The notes: generated by a model not told the origin, from the sequence alone. Shown: positions 18,033-29,083, counted from the first letter of the stretch. The stretch is 64,000 nucleotides of DNA from Synergistaceae bacterium UBA6101 (GCA_002428495.1 DIWR01000024.1:71631-135630); one strand, 5' to 3'. A program made the numbers and translations.

Positions 18033-19309
18033 TCTATGACGGTACCTTCAGTAACTTTTAATGCAACTATTGTAAGAAGGTGGTTGTACTGCGAACGTGC
18101 ATGATCAAGCCTTGCAGAGGTCAGCGAGGTCTGGGCGTTCAGCAGGTCCAGCTGGGGTGTTACCCCTTCACGGAAGCCGACTTCAGCAAGCCGGAGGGAT
18201 TCCTTTGCCAGCTCAAGGGCCTTCTCCGAAGCCTTCAGATGGTTCAGGGTGCTCTCGATCTCTGTCCATGCAGTTTCGACCTCTGATTTTATATCCAGTT
18301 CCTTCTGTTCGAGTGCTATCTTGTCCTGTTCGAGTACAGCTCCCGCCCTTATCGTATTTCCACGGGCGGTGTTTCTGTCAAAGATGGGAACTGTGACGGA
18401 CAGTTCCGCCCTCCACGTGTCGTCGGCTCTGTCATCCTTGAGATATGGGTTTAAATATCCTGCGGATGCTCCAAATGTTATTTTGGGCCTTGTACCGCTT
18501 TTTTCGATCAATATCTGGTTTTTCTGGTATCCAAGCTGCTCCTCAAGTTTTTTAAGGTCAGCTCTGTTTGCCTGTGCCATCTCAAGCGATGTCTGCCTGG
18601 AGCCCTCCGCTTCAGGAACGCTGAGCTCGCCTGTTACCTGACGCCTTTTCTCGGGAGGGATGCCCATGTAGTTCATTAATGATATGTGAGCTGACTCATA
18701 AAGCCCCTTCGCAGTGCTAAGGTTGGCCGTGTTGGTCGCAAGCAGCTGTTCTGCCCTTATCACCTCGAGGCTGTTTGCCAGTCCGAGTTCCCTCATCTTA
18801 CTGACCTCTTTGAGGTGCTGCTCGGATGTATTCATGGCAGACTCCTCCGCTTTTATCCTTTCACGCTGGAGAAGCACATTGTAAAACCTTGCATAGAGCT
18901 CTCCGACAGCACTGTTTTCCCCGTTTGCTATTATCATCCCGGCGATATTATTCACCTGTTTTGACTGGCTTCTTATCGCGGAATTTTTGCCTCCGGAGTA
19001 AACGACCTGTTCGAGGGTAGCCCTTGCGCCTTTGTTGTCGTTTCTCTCCCCGTCATTTGTAGTGCTCTCCTTCTGCCTGTCCAGATATGCGTTTGCAGAA
19101 AGGCTTGGAAGGAGCGTTCCGTCAGCCTGGATCTGGAAGGCGTATGCCTTTATCGTCTCCTGCCTCAAAGATCTCAGACCGGAATTATTTGTCAGTGTCA
19201 GTTCGATAGCCTCATATATGTCGACGTCACCGGCCTCTGCACCTCTTCCTGAAGCTGTAAGGAACAGGACGAAAGCTATGCTGAAAAGGATCATTCTCTT
19301 TTTTGTCAT
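18011..19309 (-). CDS. TolC-family outer-membrane efflux protein
   Basis: Signal peptide and two tandem OEP repeats with long coiled-coil segments. 432 aa. Confidence 0.85.
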   Translation of the reverse strand: MTKKRMILFSIAFVLFLTASGRGAEAGDVDIYEAIELTLTNNSGLRSLRQETIKAYAFQIQADGTLLPSLSANAYLDRQKESTTNDGERNDNKGARATLEQVVYSGGKNSAIRSQSKQVNNIAGMIIANGENSAVGELYARFYNVLLQRERIKAEESAMNTSEQHLKEVSKMRELGLANSLEVIRAEQLLATNTANLSTAKGLYESAHISLMNYMGIPPEKRRQVTGELSVPEAEGSRQTSLEMAQANRADLKKLEEQLGYQKNQILIEKSGTRPKITFGASAGYLNPYLKDDRADDTWRAELSVTVPIFDRNTARGNTIRAGAVLEQDKIALEQKELDIKSEVETAWTEIESTLNHLKASEKALELAKESLRLAEVGFREGVTPQLDLLNAQTSLTSARLDHARSQYNHLLTIVALKVTEGTVIEWTGERK

Positions 19310-19329
19310 GTTATGTTTGTCACGCTCCT

Positions 19330-22300
19330 CTATTTGGAGTTAAGCGCCCTTGACTGAGCAGTTCTGTTGAAGCGTCTGTAAGCGCGGTATCTGTTTATTG
19401 CTGCGCTTGCCTTGTCTTTTATGTCGTCGAGCAGGAGGTATACAACAGGGATAACGATGAGTGTCAGCATGGTCGAGGTGAAAAGGCCCCCGATAACTGC
19501 TACCGACATAGGCTGCCGCGTCTCTCCTCCCTCGCTGAGAGCCAGTGCGACAGGCAAGGAACCGAACATTGTTGAAACGGTGGTCATCAGGATAGCCCTC
19601 AGACGGAGCGGTCCCGCTTCCAGCACTGCTTCTATCTTATTCATTCCTTTTGCCCTCAGCTGATTAATAAAATCGACCAGCAGTATTGCGTTATTAACTA
19701 CGACTCCGACAAGCAGGATTATACCCATGAAGCTCATTACGCTTATCCTGAGCCCCGCCAGTGCCAGGAGTCCGAAGGACCCCGCAGTCATCAGGGGAAG
19801 AGAGAACATAACTGTGAACGGATGGATAAAAGATTCGAACTGTATGGCCATTACCATGTAGACAAGTATTATGGCAAAGACGAGGGCAATGGACATATAG
19901 TAGAAGCTTTCCTTCATGTTTTCTGAATCCCCTGCGGGTGTGATGGTAAATGTCCCATCCTGAGGGGCGTACTTCCTGAACATTTCCTCCATGACCAGGA
20001 TGCCCTCGCCGGGAGAGACGCCTTCGACATTGGCTCCGAGCTGGAGCGACCTCTGTCTGTTGTAGCGTTTTATTACGTTCGGCGACATGCCTATAGAGCT
20101 TGATAAAAGCCCTTCCGCCCTTATCAGCTGCCCGTCGTTTGTCCTGACGAGCGTGTTTTTCAGTTTTTCAGGATCGTCCCTTCCGCTTTCTTCAGCCCGG
20201 ACTCTTATGTCATACCTGTACCCGTCCTGGTTGAAAGAACCTGCATCGTCTCCCCCGAACCAGGTGAGAAGCTCATCGGAGAGATCCCTTATGTTGATGT
20301 TGAGGTCATCTGCAAGTGCGCGGTTCAGTGACAGGTTTATCCTTGGCTTGTTCATCTGAAGGTCTGTCGTTATGTCAACAAGTCCTCTTGCATTTTCTGC
20401 CAGGTCTTTTTTTATAAGTTCACCGATCTCCGCCAGGGCCTCGCTTGTTGGTCCCTGGATGACTAGGGTTATGTCTGATCCGCCCCATGTCCCCATTTTT
20501 ATGTCGACATCCCGGAATACAGAGAGCTTACCGCGCAGCTGCTTCATCACCACGCTCGCAGCAGGCCTGCTGCCCCTGTCTATGAGTTCCATGTTTATGG
20601 AGGCCTTGTAGACCTCTTCGCCTCCGCCGCTGCCCACTATCCCGTAAGTGTAAGCGACTCTCTCGTCAGCCTGTATCATGTCGACCATGTCTTTTACGAC
20701 GCTTTCGGTCATTTCAAGGGATGAATCAGCCGGCAGCTCTATCTGGACCCTCAGCCGTCCCTGGTCTTCGCTTGGGAAAAATTCAGTTCCGAGGGTCAAT
20801 GCGAATCCTATACCGAGGAGGAAAAGGGCAATGGCTCCGATAAGCACTGATTTACGGTGAGTCACTGCATATCTTAATACTCTGCTGTATTTATCCTCTA
20901 TCCATACAAATGGTTTTTCCAGTTTTTTCTGCACAGGGCCGTATATCTTCTTCCCAAGGATCCTTGAGCATAGGAACGGAGTAAGCGTAAGTGATATTAT
21001 CAGTGATATGGTTATAGTCGTAGCTACCGTGACGCCGAAAGAGTTAAAGAAACGTCCCATGATCCCGCCCATGAAGGCAACAGGAACAAAGACAGCAAGG
21101 GTAGTCGCTGCTCCGGCGAGGACCGCGAAGGCAACTTCTCCTCCCCCGTCCTGAGCCGCTCTGTATGGGGTCTTGCCCATATCTCGGTGTCTTGTTATGT
21201 TTTCCATTACGACAGTGGTAGCGTCAACGACCATTCCAACCGACAGAGAAAGTCCCATCATGGACATGTTGTTAATTGTTATTCCCATCCAGTAAAGGAC
21301 CGAAAGGCTTCCCAGAAGACAGACGGGAATGGTGATGACAGCAACTATCGTTGCCCTTATCGTTTTAAGGAAGATGAACATTATCATGGATGTGAGCATT
21401 ATCGAGGCCAATATGTCCCAGAAGACCCCGCTCATCGAACGCATGATGAATTTCGCGTTGTCCTGCATGACTGCAAGGCTGGTCCCCGGCGGAGCGGTCT
21501 GGTTGAGCTCCTTTATCCTCTCGTTGACCATGCGTGAGAGAAGGACCTCGTTTGCTCCCTTCTGCTTGCGGATCTGGACCATTACAGTAGGCCTGCCCTC
21601 ATAAATGGCGCCGCTCCGTTTGTCCTCAAGGCCGTCTTCGATCCTTGCAACGTCCCTGAGCCTTATGACCGCACCGTTCCTTACAGCGATCGGAAGGTAT
21701 TCAAGTTCAGCGACAGAGGAATACTCCCCTTCAAGCCTGATCCCGTATTCTTTGGTAGCTGTCTCTATTCGTCCGGCCGGAAGCTCAACATGTTTTGTGT
21801 AGATCGCCGATTTTATCTCTTTTGCCGTTATGTTGTAGGCTTCCAGGCTGTCAGTATTTATCCATATCCTTATCTCCCTGTCACGGAAGCCGGCAAGCTG
21901 GACTCCGCCGACGCCCTTGACAGTCTGCAGGCGTTCCGTGACGACTTTGTCAACGTACCTGGCAAGCGTTTTCATGTCAGTCCTGCCGTCGTTTTTGACT
22001 GCAACATTCATGATCGGTCTGTCAGCCGGATCGTATTTATCGACCTGAGGGGTATCCGCGTCATCAGGAAGACGCCCGGCCGCCATGCTGACTTTCCCCC
22101 GGACATCAGCGGCCGCGTCATCCACGTCCCTGTCCAGGTCGAACTCGATGACGATTATCGAACGGCCTTCGTAGCTGCTTGAGCTGAGGTTTTTGATGCC
22201 CTCTATCGTGTTTATCCTTGCCTCAAGCACGTCTGTAACATCGTTGTCGATAATTGCCGGGCTGGCGCCCTCCATTATCGTTCTCACCACAACGATGGGG

Positions 22301-22425
22301 AATTCGATGTTTGGCATTCGCTCTACGCCCATATTCATGTATGAATAGGACCCGAATACGATCAGAGCTATTGTGCAGATAAGGACTGTAACAGGTCTTC
22401 GGAGAGAGACTTCAATAATTTTCAT
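19330..22425 (-). CDS. RND efflux permease (AcrB/HAE1 family)
   Basis: 1031 aa with 12-TM AcrB topology, two large periplasmic loops and typical N-terminus (RRPVTVLICTIALIVFG). Confidence 0.92.
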   Translation of the reverse strand: MKIIEVSLRRPVTVLICTIALIVFGSYSYMNMGVERMPNIEFPIVVVRTIMEGASPAIIDNDVTDVLEARINTIEGIKNLSSSSYEGRSIIVIEFDLDRDVDDAAADVRGKVSMAAGRLPDDADTPQVDKYDPADRPIMNVAVKNDGRTDMKTLARYVDKVVTERLQTVKGVGGVQLAGFRDREIRIWINTDSLEAYNITAKEIKSAIYTKHVELPAGRIETATKEYGIRLEGEYSSVAELEYLPIAVRNGAVIRLRDVARIEDGLEDKRSGAIYEGRPTVMVQIRKQKGANEVLLSRMVNERIKELNQTAPPGTSLAVMQDNAKFIMRSMSGVFWDILASIMLTSMIMFIFLKTIRATIVAVITIPVCLLGSLSVLYWMGITINNMSMMGLSLSVGMVVDATTVVMENITRHRDMGKTPYRAAQDGGGEVAFAVLAGAATTLAVFVPVAFMGGIMGRFFNSFGVTVATTITISLIISLTLTPFLCSRILGKKIYGPVQKKLEKPFVWIEDKYSRVLRYAVTHRKSVLIGAIALFLLGIGFALTLGTEFFPSEDQGRLRVQIELPADSSLEMTESVVKDMVDMIQADERVAYTYGIVGSGGGEEVYKASINMELIDRGSRPAASVVMKQLRGKLSVFRDVDIKMGTWGGSDITLVIQGPTSEALAEIGELIKKDLAENARGLVDITTDLQMNKPRINLSLNRALADDLNINIRDLSDELLTWFGGDDAGSFNQDGYRYDIRVRAEESGRDDPEKLKNTLVRTNDGQLIRAEGLLSSSIGMSPNVIKRYNRQRSLQLGANVEGVSPGEGILVMEEMFRKYAPQDGTFTITPAGDSENMKESFYYMSIALVFAIILVYMVMAIQFESFIHPFTVMFSLPLMTAGSFGLLALAGLRISVMSFMGIILLVGVVVNNAILLVDFINQLRAKGMNKIEAVLEAGPLRLRAILMTTVSTMFGSLPVALALSEGGETRQPMSVAVIGGLFTSTMLTLIVIPVVYLLLDDIKDKASAAINRYRAYRRFNRTAQSRALNSK

Positions 22426-22645
22426 ATATATATTTCATCCTTATGTTAAGTTTTGATCATGCCGAACATCGATACTATAACCCTAAATTGTGTATTTTTT
22501 GTGTTATGCGTAAGATACAGCTCAATTTTATAATAATTTTAAAATGATCTTGTTTTATGCCTAATAAAGAGGCGTGGGAATCAATATCCCAGCGCCTTTT
22601 CAGTTCTATTTGCCTTTTTTGCCGGCCGGATCTCTTTGAGCTCTT

Positions 22646-24583
22646 CTATATGTCAAGATTTCGGACTTCACGGCCGTAAGTCTCGATGAATTTCCTCCGG
22701 GGCTCTACGTTGTCACCCATAAGTATTCCAAAGAGTTCGTCGGCCTCGACCGCATCCTGGACCTCCACCCTGTTGACGATCCTGTTCTCAGGGTTCATGG
22801 TGGTATCCCAGAGCTGTTCCGCGTTCATTTCTCCAAGCCCCTTGTAGCGCTGTACGTCAACTTTTTTTCCAGCCGCGGCAGTCTGGATCTCTTTCATCTC
22901 TTTTTCTGAGAAGCAGTAGGTGACTTCTTTGCCGACCTGTACCCTGTAAAGTGGCGGCTGCGCCACATACAGATAGCCCCTATCTATTATCTGCGGCATG
23001 TATCTGAAGAAAAGCGTGAGCAGCAGGGTGCGTATGTGAGCTCCGTCGACATCGGCGTCTGCCATTATGAATATTTTGTGGTAGCGCAGCTTGTCCTCGT
23101 TGAAATCATCTCCGACCCCGGCCCCAAGAGCGAGTATTATGTTCCTGATAGTCTCGCTTCCCAGGATCTTTTCAAGGCGTGCCTTCTCAACGTTGAGGAT
23201 CTTTCCCCTGAGGGGAAGGATAGCCTGGAATTCGCGGTTTCTTCCCTGTTTGGCGCTGCCTCCGGCGCTGTCTCCTTCAACTATGTACAGCTCGCAGTCA
23301 GCGGCGTTCCTGTTGGAGCAGTCTGCGAGCTTGCCGGGCAGGGTCAGCCCGTTCATGACAGATTTTCTGCGTACAAGGTCTTTTGCCTTCTTTGCCGCCT
23401 CTCTTGCCTGTCTTGCCCTTATAGCGCTCTCAACTATGGGCTTGAGGATCTCAGGCCTCTCATCGAGAACTTCTTTCAGACCCTCGTATACGAGTGAGTC
23501 AACGATCCCTTTTACGTCACCGTTGCCCAGTTTGGTCTTTGTCTGACCTTCGAACTGAGGCTCCATAACTTTTACGGAAATTACCGCGGTCAGGCCTTCC
23601 TTGAGGTCGTCCCCGGTAAGGTTTGTGTCTTTTTCTTTGAGTATTTTTAGTTTTCTTGCCTCGTCGTTCACTGCCCTTGTAAGGGCTGTCCTGAATCCGG
23701 CGACATGTGTTCCGCCTTCGATCGTATTTATGAGGTTTACAAAACCATAAAGCCGCTCCATATAAGTATCGTTGTACTGTATGGCGACCTCTATCTCGGT
23801 TTTATCTTTCTCCCCGAATATTACTACAGGTTCCTTAAAAAGGACCTCTTTGCCCTTGTTAAGGTACTCAACGAAGGTCGAGATCCCTCCGGGGTAGTTG
23901 TAAGTGCGTTCCTGAGGTTTCTCCGCTCTTTTATCGGCGAAATTGATCGTTATATGCGAGTTCAGGAATGCAAGCTCACGCAGCCTTGATTTCAGGACAT
24001 CGGCCTGGAATTCGATCGAGGAGAAGATCTCCTCATCCGGCATGAACTGGACACGCGTGCCTCTCATGTCGGTATCGCCTGTCACGCAAAGGGGCGTTAC
24101 CGGGATCCCGCGTTCATAGCGCTGATGGTGTTCCTTTCCGTTTCTCCAGATAGTCAGTTCGAGCCATTCGGAAAGGGCGTTGACTACAGATACGCCTACT
24201 CCGTGGAGTCCTCCGGAGACCTGATATGCGCTTTTGTCGAACTTGCCGCCCGCGTGCAGGATAGTCATTACCACTTCTGCCGCCGATTTTCCGGACTCAT
24301 GATCTTCTGTTGGTATCCCGCGTCCGTTGTCTACAACTGTTACGCTTCCATCCCCGTTTATCGTTACGTTGATAGTGTCGCAGAAACCTGCCAGGGATTC
24401 ATCGATGGCATTGTCTACTACCTCGTATACCAGATGGTGCAGACCTCGCGGTCCCTGGTCTCCTATATACATCCCGGGCCGTTTTCTTACGGCCACGAGA
24501 CCTTCAAGCACATGAATATCCTTTGCTGAGTACTCGGAATCTTTTGTCAGCATTGAGTTGTTTGGAATGCACATATTATCCAT
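22646..24583 (-). CDS. gyrB: DNA gyrase subunit B
   Basis: GHKL ATPase (LHHLVYEVVDNAIDE), TOPRIM (EGDSAGGSAKQGR, PLRGKILNVE) and a C-terminal tail. The preceding remB-like gene favours gyrB over parE. Confidence 0.87.
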   Translation of the reverse strand: MDNMCIPNNSMLTKDSEYSAKDIHVLEGLVAVRKRPGMYIGDQGPRGLHHLVYEVVDNAIDESLAGFCDTINVTINGDGSVTVVDNGRGIPTEDHESGKSAAEVVMTILHAGGKFDKSAYQVSGGLHGVGVSVVNALSEWLELTIWRNGKEHHQRYERGIPVTPLCVTGDTDMRGTRVQFMPDEEIFSSIEFQADVLKSRLRELAFLNSHITINFADKRAEKPQERTYNYPGGISTFVEYLNKGKEVLFKEPVVIFGEKDKTEIEVAIQYNDTYMERLYGFVNLINTIEGGTHVAGFRTALTRAVNDEARKLKILKEKDTNLTGDDLKEGLTAVISVKVMEPQFEGQTKTKLGNGDVKGIVDSLVYEGLKEVLDERPEILKPIVESAIRARQAREAAKKAKDLVRRKSVMNGLTLPGKLADCSNRNAADCELYIVEGDSAGGSAKQGRNREFQAILPLRGKILNVEKARLEKILGSETIRNIILALGAGVGDDFNEDKLRYHKIFIMADADVDGAHIRTLLLTLFFRYMPQIIDRGYLYVAQPPLYRVQVGKEVTYCFSEKEMKEIQTAAAGKKVDVQRYKGLGEMNAEQLWDTTMNPENRIVNRVEVQDAVEADELFGILMGDNVEPRRKFIETYGREVRNLDI

Positions 24584-24590
24584 TTATAGA

Positions 24591-24830
24591 TTAACTCCTT
24601 CCACTGATCGTCCTTTTGCTGAGGAAATCAAGCTGTCGTTTTTTTAGGGTAGTCGGGGTGAATCCGGTCCTGATGACAGAGCCGTCTCTTTTGAGTATCT
24701 CTGTTCCGTTTTCTGTCTTATAAATGGCTACTGTGTTGGCAAGGCAAATGATACTTTCGCCTTCAAGAGGAATAAACAATGACCAGGTCCCCAATCTGTA
24801 ATTTTTAACCTTATAATTATACCATCTCAT
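24591..24830 (-). CDS. small DUF370/RemB-like protein
   Basis: 79 aa with a GGAGGA SD. It sits 8 nt upstream of gyrB, as remB does in Bacillus. The C-terminal ...TPTTLKKR resembles my recollection of the DUF370 C-terminal motif. Weak assignment. Confidence 0.4.
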   Translation of the reverse strand: MRWYNYKVKNYRLGTWSLFIPLEGESIICLANTVAIYKTENGTEILKRDGSVIRTGFTPTTLKKRQLDFLSKRTISGRS

Positions 24831-24891
24831 TGCTCAATGTTCCTCCGTTACATTACGTGAGATTGAAAGTGGAAAGAGTGGTATTGGAAAA

Positions 24892-26088
24892 ATGGACGAA
24901 CTTTTTATTTTGACTAATTCGCCCGGAGAAGTATCCGGATGGGTAAAGCCGGTAGTATCGGAACTTGCCTCAAAAGATTTTCCAGCGAAGGTCTCTCTTG
25001 TTGTCCTTCCCTGCCAGTATGCCAGCGGAATGGAGGCGGAGTATGGAAAAGAGATCGAAGGTATAGACTCCGTATCCGCCTTTAAAGAGTTATGGAATAC
25101 CTCCGTGGCGTTGAAGGGAACAAAAAGGCTGGTCCTGCAGCTAGGGGGAGATCCCTTCTTCGGCGCCATACTATCAGCGAAACTGAGATGTGTATGGATG
25201 ATATACACGGCAAGGCCGAGGTGGAAATCTCGCGTCGGCCATTATTTTGTGCCGGATGAAGCCGCTGAAAATAGATTTGCACTTCAGGGAGTCAAAAGGG
25301 ATCATGTGACCAGGGTCGGGAACCTTATATTTGACAGCGCTCCTGAATGTGAAGATACAGATGAAGCAAGGAAGATAATGGATCTATCCGGGGATGAGGA
25401 AGCTGTCTCTTTTTTGCCGGGCAGCAGGCCATTCGAATACCGGGATGGATTTCCCTTTTTTTCATGCGCTGCAATGGATTTTTTGAGAAAACACCCAAAC
25501 TACCATGCCTTTTTGCCTGTTGCTCCTACAGTTGATGAAAAACTGCTCATCGAAGGCCTTGATGAAGCCGGTCTGAATTGGACAGGCGGATCGGCTGCGG
25601 AGGAAATATTATGGGATGGGCCGGGAAGGATAAGGTTTATACGCGAAAAAAATTTTGAGGCTATCAAAGCCTCTACGCTTGCTGTTGCTTTTCCGGGCAC
25701 AAACAACCTGCAGATAACCTCGCTCTGTGTGCCCCTCCTTATTGTAGTTCCTTTGAACCAGGCTGAGAACATACCCCTTGACGGGATCCCGGGGATGATA
25801 CCTATGTCTGTTCCGGGAGCGGCGGCACTTAAGAAAAAGCTGGTCTACTGGTATAGCGGGAGACATAAATATGTGTCGCTTCCGAACAAAATGGCAGGGA
25901 AAGAGATCGTTCCTGAACACAGAGGAGTCATGACTCCGTCTATGGTCGCAGGGCTTGTTGAAGAGCTTGTTTCTGATCCCGAAAGGCTGAGTGAGATAGT
26001 GATGGGATACTCAAATATCGTTCCTGAACGGGGTGCGGCTTCAAAGATAGCAGATAAGGTCTGTGACTATTTCTCGTCAGTAAGCTGA
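24892..26088 (+). CDS. lipid-A-disaccharide synthase-related glycosyltransferase (LpxB-like)
   Basis: 398 aa. The N-terminal ILTNSPGEVSGWV resembles the LpxB GEVSGD motif. Family-level call only. Confidence 0.4.
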   Translation: MDELFILTNSPGEVSGWVKPVVSELASKDFPAKVSLVVLPCQYASGMEAEYGKEIEGIDSVSAFKELWNTSVALKGTKRLVLQLGGDPFFGAILSAKLRCVWMIYTARPRWKSRVGHYFVPDEAAENRFALQGVKRDHVTRVGNLIFDSAPECEDTDEARKIMDLSGDEEAVSFLPGSRPFEYRDGFPFFSCAAMDFLRKHPNYHAFLPVAPTVDEKLLIEGLDEAGLNWTGGSAAEEILWDGPGRIRFIREKNFEAIKASTLAVAFPGTNNLQITSLCVPLLIVVPLNQAENIPLDGIPGMIPMSVPGAAALKKKLVYWYSGRHKYVSLPNKMAGKEIVPEHRGVMTPSMVAGLVEELVSDPERLSEIVMGYSNIVPERGAASKIADKVCDYFSSVS

Positions 26089-26336
26089 GGCTGCTCTTTT
26101 GGGGAATCATTTTCAGCCCGTAGTTTTGCTTCTTTGTTTTCTCTGTCGATGTCGTTGAGGTAAGTCCTCCATATTTTAAGAGCGAGAATGGCCGATACGA
26201 TCCCTCCGGTTAGACCGGCAGCTATCACCAGCGGTTTGCCCTGATCGAACATGTAGCCGCCAAGGCCGCCCAGGGCATAGCCAAAGGCAATTATCGTTCC
26301 AAATGAAAGAATAAGGACCAAAAGTCGTTTGCACAT
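26067..26336 (-). CDS. small membrane protein, function unknown
   Basis: 89 aa with two predicted TM helices and a charged tail. Confidence 0.45.
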   Translation of the reverse strand: MCKRLLVLILSFGTIIAFGYALGGLGGYMFDQGKPLVIAAGLTGGIVSAILALKIWRTYLNDIDRENKEAKLRAENDSPKEQPQLTDEK

Positions 26337-26464
26337 GGGATAATTCTAGTCATAAAACGATATATGTCAAACTTGCCATAGTATAAATATATGTTAAGAT
26401 GAGACGTTGTTGAGCTGAGGTATAGAGTTTCATTTTGAAGATATATGTTTCAGGGGGAAAATTA

Positions 26465-27181
26465 GTGATACATTATTCAAGCTATTATAATACTTCATCA
26501 GACTTCGTATATCTTGAGCTGCGGTCCAGAATTGTTAATAAGCAGCTTAAGCCCGGGGAAAGGCTTCCCGAAGTTAAGATATCCAGTGAGATGGGAGTCA
26601 GCCGGACTCCTGTCAGGGAGGCTCTCAGACGTCTTGCAAGCGAGGGGCTTGTAAAGATCATTCCCAACAGCGGGGCAAGAGTCGCAGCTCCCAGCGCAGC
26701 AGAGGTAGAGGGAGCTTACGATGTACGGGGGTACCTTGAGGCTTTGAGCGTTCAGCTGGCGTGCAGAAACGGCATCGACAGGCGAACTGCGGAACGGTTC
26801 GAAGAGGTGCTTAAGGACGAGGAATCAGCCTTCCTCGCCCGTGATCTGGAGGCAAATCTCGAAGCGAACAATAATTTTCACAGGCTGATAGCTGACGCAA
26901 GCAAAAACATCGTCCTCATTGAATACGTTGAAAATATAATTCTTCGAACGAATGTATATATTCTTTTCTACGATCCGTTCACAGAGGAAAAAAATTACAG
27001 CACAGAGGAACACAGAAAAATACTGGCATCGATCATGTCCCGGGACGAAGAATCAGCGGACAGATTAATGAGGGACCATCTCCGCCACTCTCATGCGCTC
27101 CTTGAAAAACCATACGAGAGAAGAAATCTTTTGGCAAACATGAATGGTCTTGCTCAGCAGAATAAAGCATTTTCATCATAG
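26465..27181 (+). CDS. GntR family transcriptional regulator (FadR/FCD subfamily)
   Basis: wHTH motif (GERLPEVKISSEMGVSRTPVREALRRLASEGLV) plus an all-helical FCD domain. GTG 26465 after an AGGGGGA SD is preferred over ORF-track 26435. Confidence 0.8.
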   Translation: MIHYSSYYNTSSDFVYLELRSRIVNKQLKPGERLPEVKISSEMGVSRTPVREALRRLASEGLVKIIPNSGARVAAPSAAEVEGAYDVRGYLEALSVQLACRNGIDRRTAERFEEVLKDEESAFLARDLEANLEANNNFHRLIADASKNIVLIEYVENIILRTNVYILFYDPFTEEKNYSTEEHRKILASIMSRDEESADRLMRDHLRHSHALLEKPYERRNLLANMNGLAQQNKAFSS

Positions 27182-27195
27182 GGAGGAATTGGGTT

Positions 27196-28344
27196 ATGAC
27201 AGGACAGAAAAAAATACCGTCCTTTGATCTGACAAGAAATTACAACAGGGTAAAAGAAGAGGTCAGAGTTGCCCTCGACAGGGTGCTTGAGACGCAGCAC
27301 TTCATCCTGGGACCTGAAGTTGAGGCCTTCGAGAAGGAAGTAGCAGCATACCTGGATGTCGAAAGCACGGTAGGTTGCGCATCCGGTACTGACGCCCTCG
27401 TGCTGGCCATCATGTCGCTCGGCCTCAAAGAGGGGGACGAGGTAATAACTACTCCCTTCACCTTCTTTGCCACGGCAAGCTGCATAACAAGGAACGGCGC
27501 AAAACCTGTTTTTGCCGATGTCGAACCTGACACCTACAATCTCTCCATGGAATCAGTAATGGAAAAGATAACCCCCAGGACGAAGGCGGTCCTCCCGGCG
27601 CACCTTTTCGGGCAGACATGCAAACTGGAACTGATAAAGGACGAACTCAGCCAAAGAGGGATAGCACTTATAGAGGACTGTGCCCAGGCAATTGGAGCCC
27701 ACAGGATGATCGGCAAAAAGATCTGCAGGGCAGGGGCTATAGGAGATATGGGGTGTTTCTCATTCTTCCCGACTAAAAACCTCGGCTGCTACGGTGACGG
27801 AGGTATGGTATCCATACCTCACGGTAAGGAAAGCGCCGAACGCATAAAGAGCCTCAGGGTCCACGGTTCGGGCAAAACATATTTCCACGATGAAGTTGGG
27901 ATAAACAGCCGCCTTGATGCAGTCCAGGCAGCCATACTCAGAGTAAGGCTCCGCCATCTGGAGGAGTGGAACGAAGAGCGCAGGATAGTGGCCGAAAGAT
28001 ACATGATCCTCTTCAAAGAGAAGGGGCTTCTTGACAAGGTCACTCCCCCTGTCGAAGCTGCCGGCAACAGACATGTATATCACCAGTATGTAGTTAAGGC
28101 TGAGAGAAGGGATGATCTCCAGGCATATCTCGAAGAGCGCGGTGTTGTGACAAGAGTCTACTATCCGCTGCCCCTCCATCTCCAGCACTGCTTCTCATAC
28201 CTTGGATATAAAGAAGGGGACTTCCCTGTTTCTGAAATGCTGACGGGCACTGTTCTGGCGCTGCCCATTTTCCCTGAACTCCTGCCGGAGGAACAGGAAA
28301 GAGTCGTGGAGGAGATTGCGGGATTTTACGGAAGACACAATTAG
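27196..28344 (+). CDS. DegT/DnrJ/EryC1/StrS-family PLP sugar aminotransferase
   Basis: Family-typical N-terminus (FDLTRNYNRVKEEV), GTDALVLA, and the SFFPTKNLGCYGDGG Lys-containing motif. Confidence 0.85.
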   Translation: MTGQKKIPSFDLTRNYNRVKEEVRVALDRVLETQHFILGPEVEAFEKEVAAYLDVESTVGCASGTDALVLAIMSLGLKEGDEVITTPFTFFATASCITRNGAKPVFADVEPDTYNLSMESVMEKITPRTKAVLPAHLFGQTCKLELIKDELSQRGIALIEDCAQAIGAHRMIGKKICRAGAIGDMGCFSFFPTKNLGCYGDGGMVSIPHGKESAERIKSLRVHGSGKTYFHDEVGINSRLDAVQAAILRVRLRHLEEWNEERRIVAERYMILFKEKGLLDKVTPPVEAAGNRHVYHQYVVKAERRDDLQAYLEERGVVTRVYYPLPLHLQHCFSYLGYKEGDFPVSEMLTGTVLALPIFPELLPEEQERVVEEIAGFYGRHN

Positions 28345-28393
28345 TCTGACTAATATAGACTAACATAGTTTATTACAACGGAGGTGTCGTAAA

Positions 28394-29083
28394 ATGATGT
28401 TCCCATATTTAGATTCGACCATAGTTCTGTTGATACCTGCGATGCTCTTTTCTCTCTGGGCTCAGTTCAAGGTCAAGGGAGCTTTTTCAAGATACAGTGA
28501 AGTTAGGGCCGCAAGCGGTGTGACCGCGGACCAGGTCTCCAGGGTCCTGCTTGATAGGTTTGGGCTGAGCAATGTAAGGGTGGAGAGGATACAGGGCCAT
28601 CTTACAGACCATTATGACCCCAGGAGCAAAGTGCTTCGCCTTTCAGACGCCGTATCCGGAAATTCAAGCATAGCCGCGATAGGTGTTGCCGCACACGAGG
28701 TGGGGCATGCGATCCAGGACAAAGAGGGCTATGCGTTCCTCCGTCTCAGGAATTCCATCGTGCCTGCTGTAAGCATCGGTTCCACGATGTCCATGCCTCT
28801 TTTCTTCATCGGTCTGATAATGGGTTATACTCCGCTTCTCAATATAGGCATACTGCTCTTCTGCGGAGTCCTCATATTCCATCTTGTGACCCTGCCTGTA
28901 GAGTTTGACGCGAGCGCAAGGGCGCTCAAGCTGCTTTCGGAGACAGGCCTTCTGGCAGGCAACGAAGTGGGCGGCGCGAAAGCTGTTCTTGACGCGGCCG
29001 CGCTCACTTACATAGCGGCTCTTGTGATGACCATACTCCAGCTGGTGAGGCTCATTGCCCTCAGAGGGATGCGCAGAGACTAG
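28394..29083 (+). CDS. membrane zinc metallopeptidase (YugP-like, Zn_peptidase_2)
   Basis: HEVGHAIQ motif and TM segments. 229 aa. Confidence 0.8.
   Translation: MMFPYLDSTIVLLIPAMLFSLWAQFKVKGAFSRYSEVRAASGVTADQVSRVLLDRFGLSNVRVERIQGHLTDHYDPRSKVLRLSDAVSGNSSIAAIGVAAHEVGHAIQDKEGYAFLRLRNSIVPAVSIGSTMSMPLFFIGLIMGYTPLLNIGILLFCGVLIFHLVTLPVEFDASARALKLLSETGLLAGNEVGGAKAVLDAAALTYIAALVMTILQLVRLIALRGMRRD

Noticed and set aside
22646-24583. Alternative call as topoisomerase IV subunit ParE
   Set aside because: The immediately upstream remB-like small gene and the overall length favour GyrB. I cannot fully exclude ParE without phylogeny.
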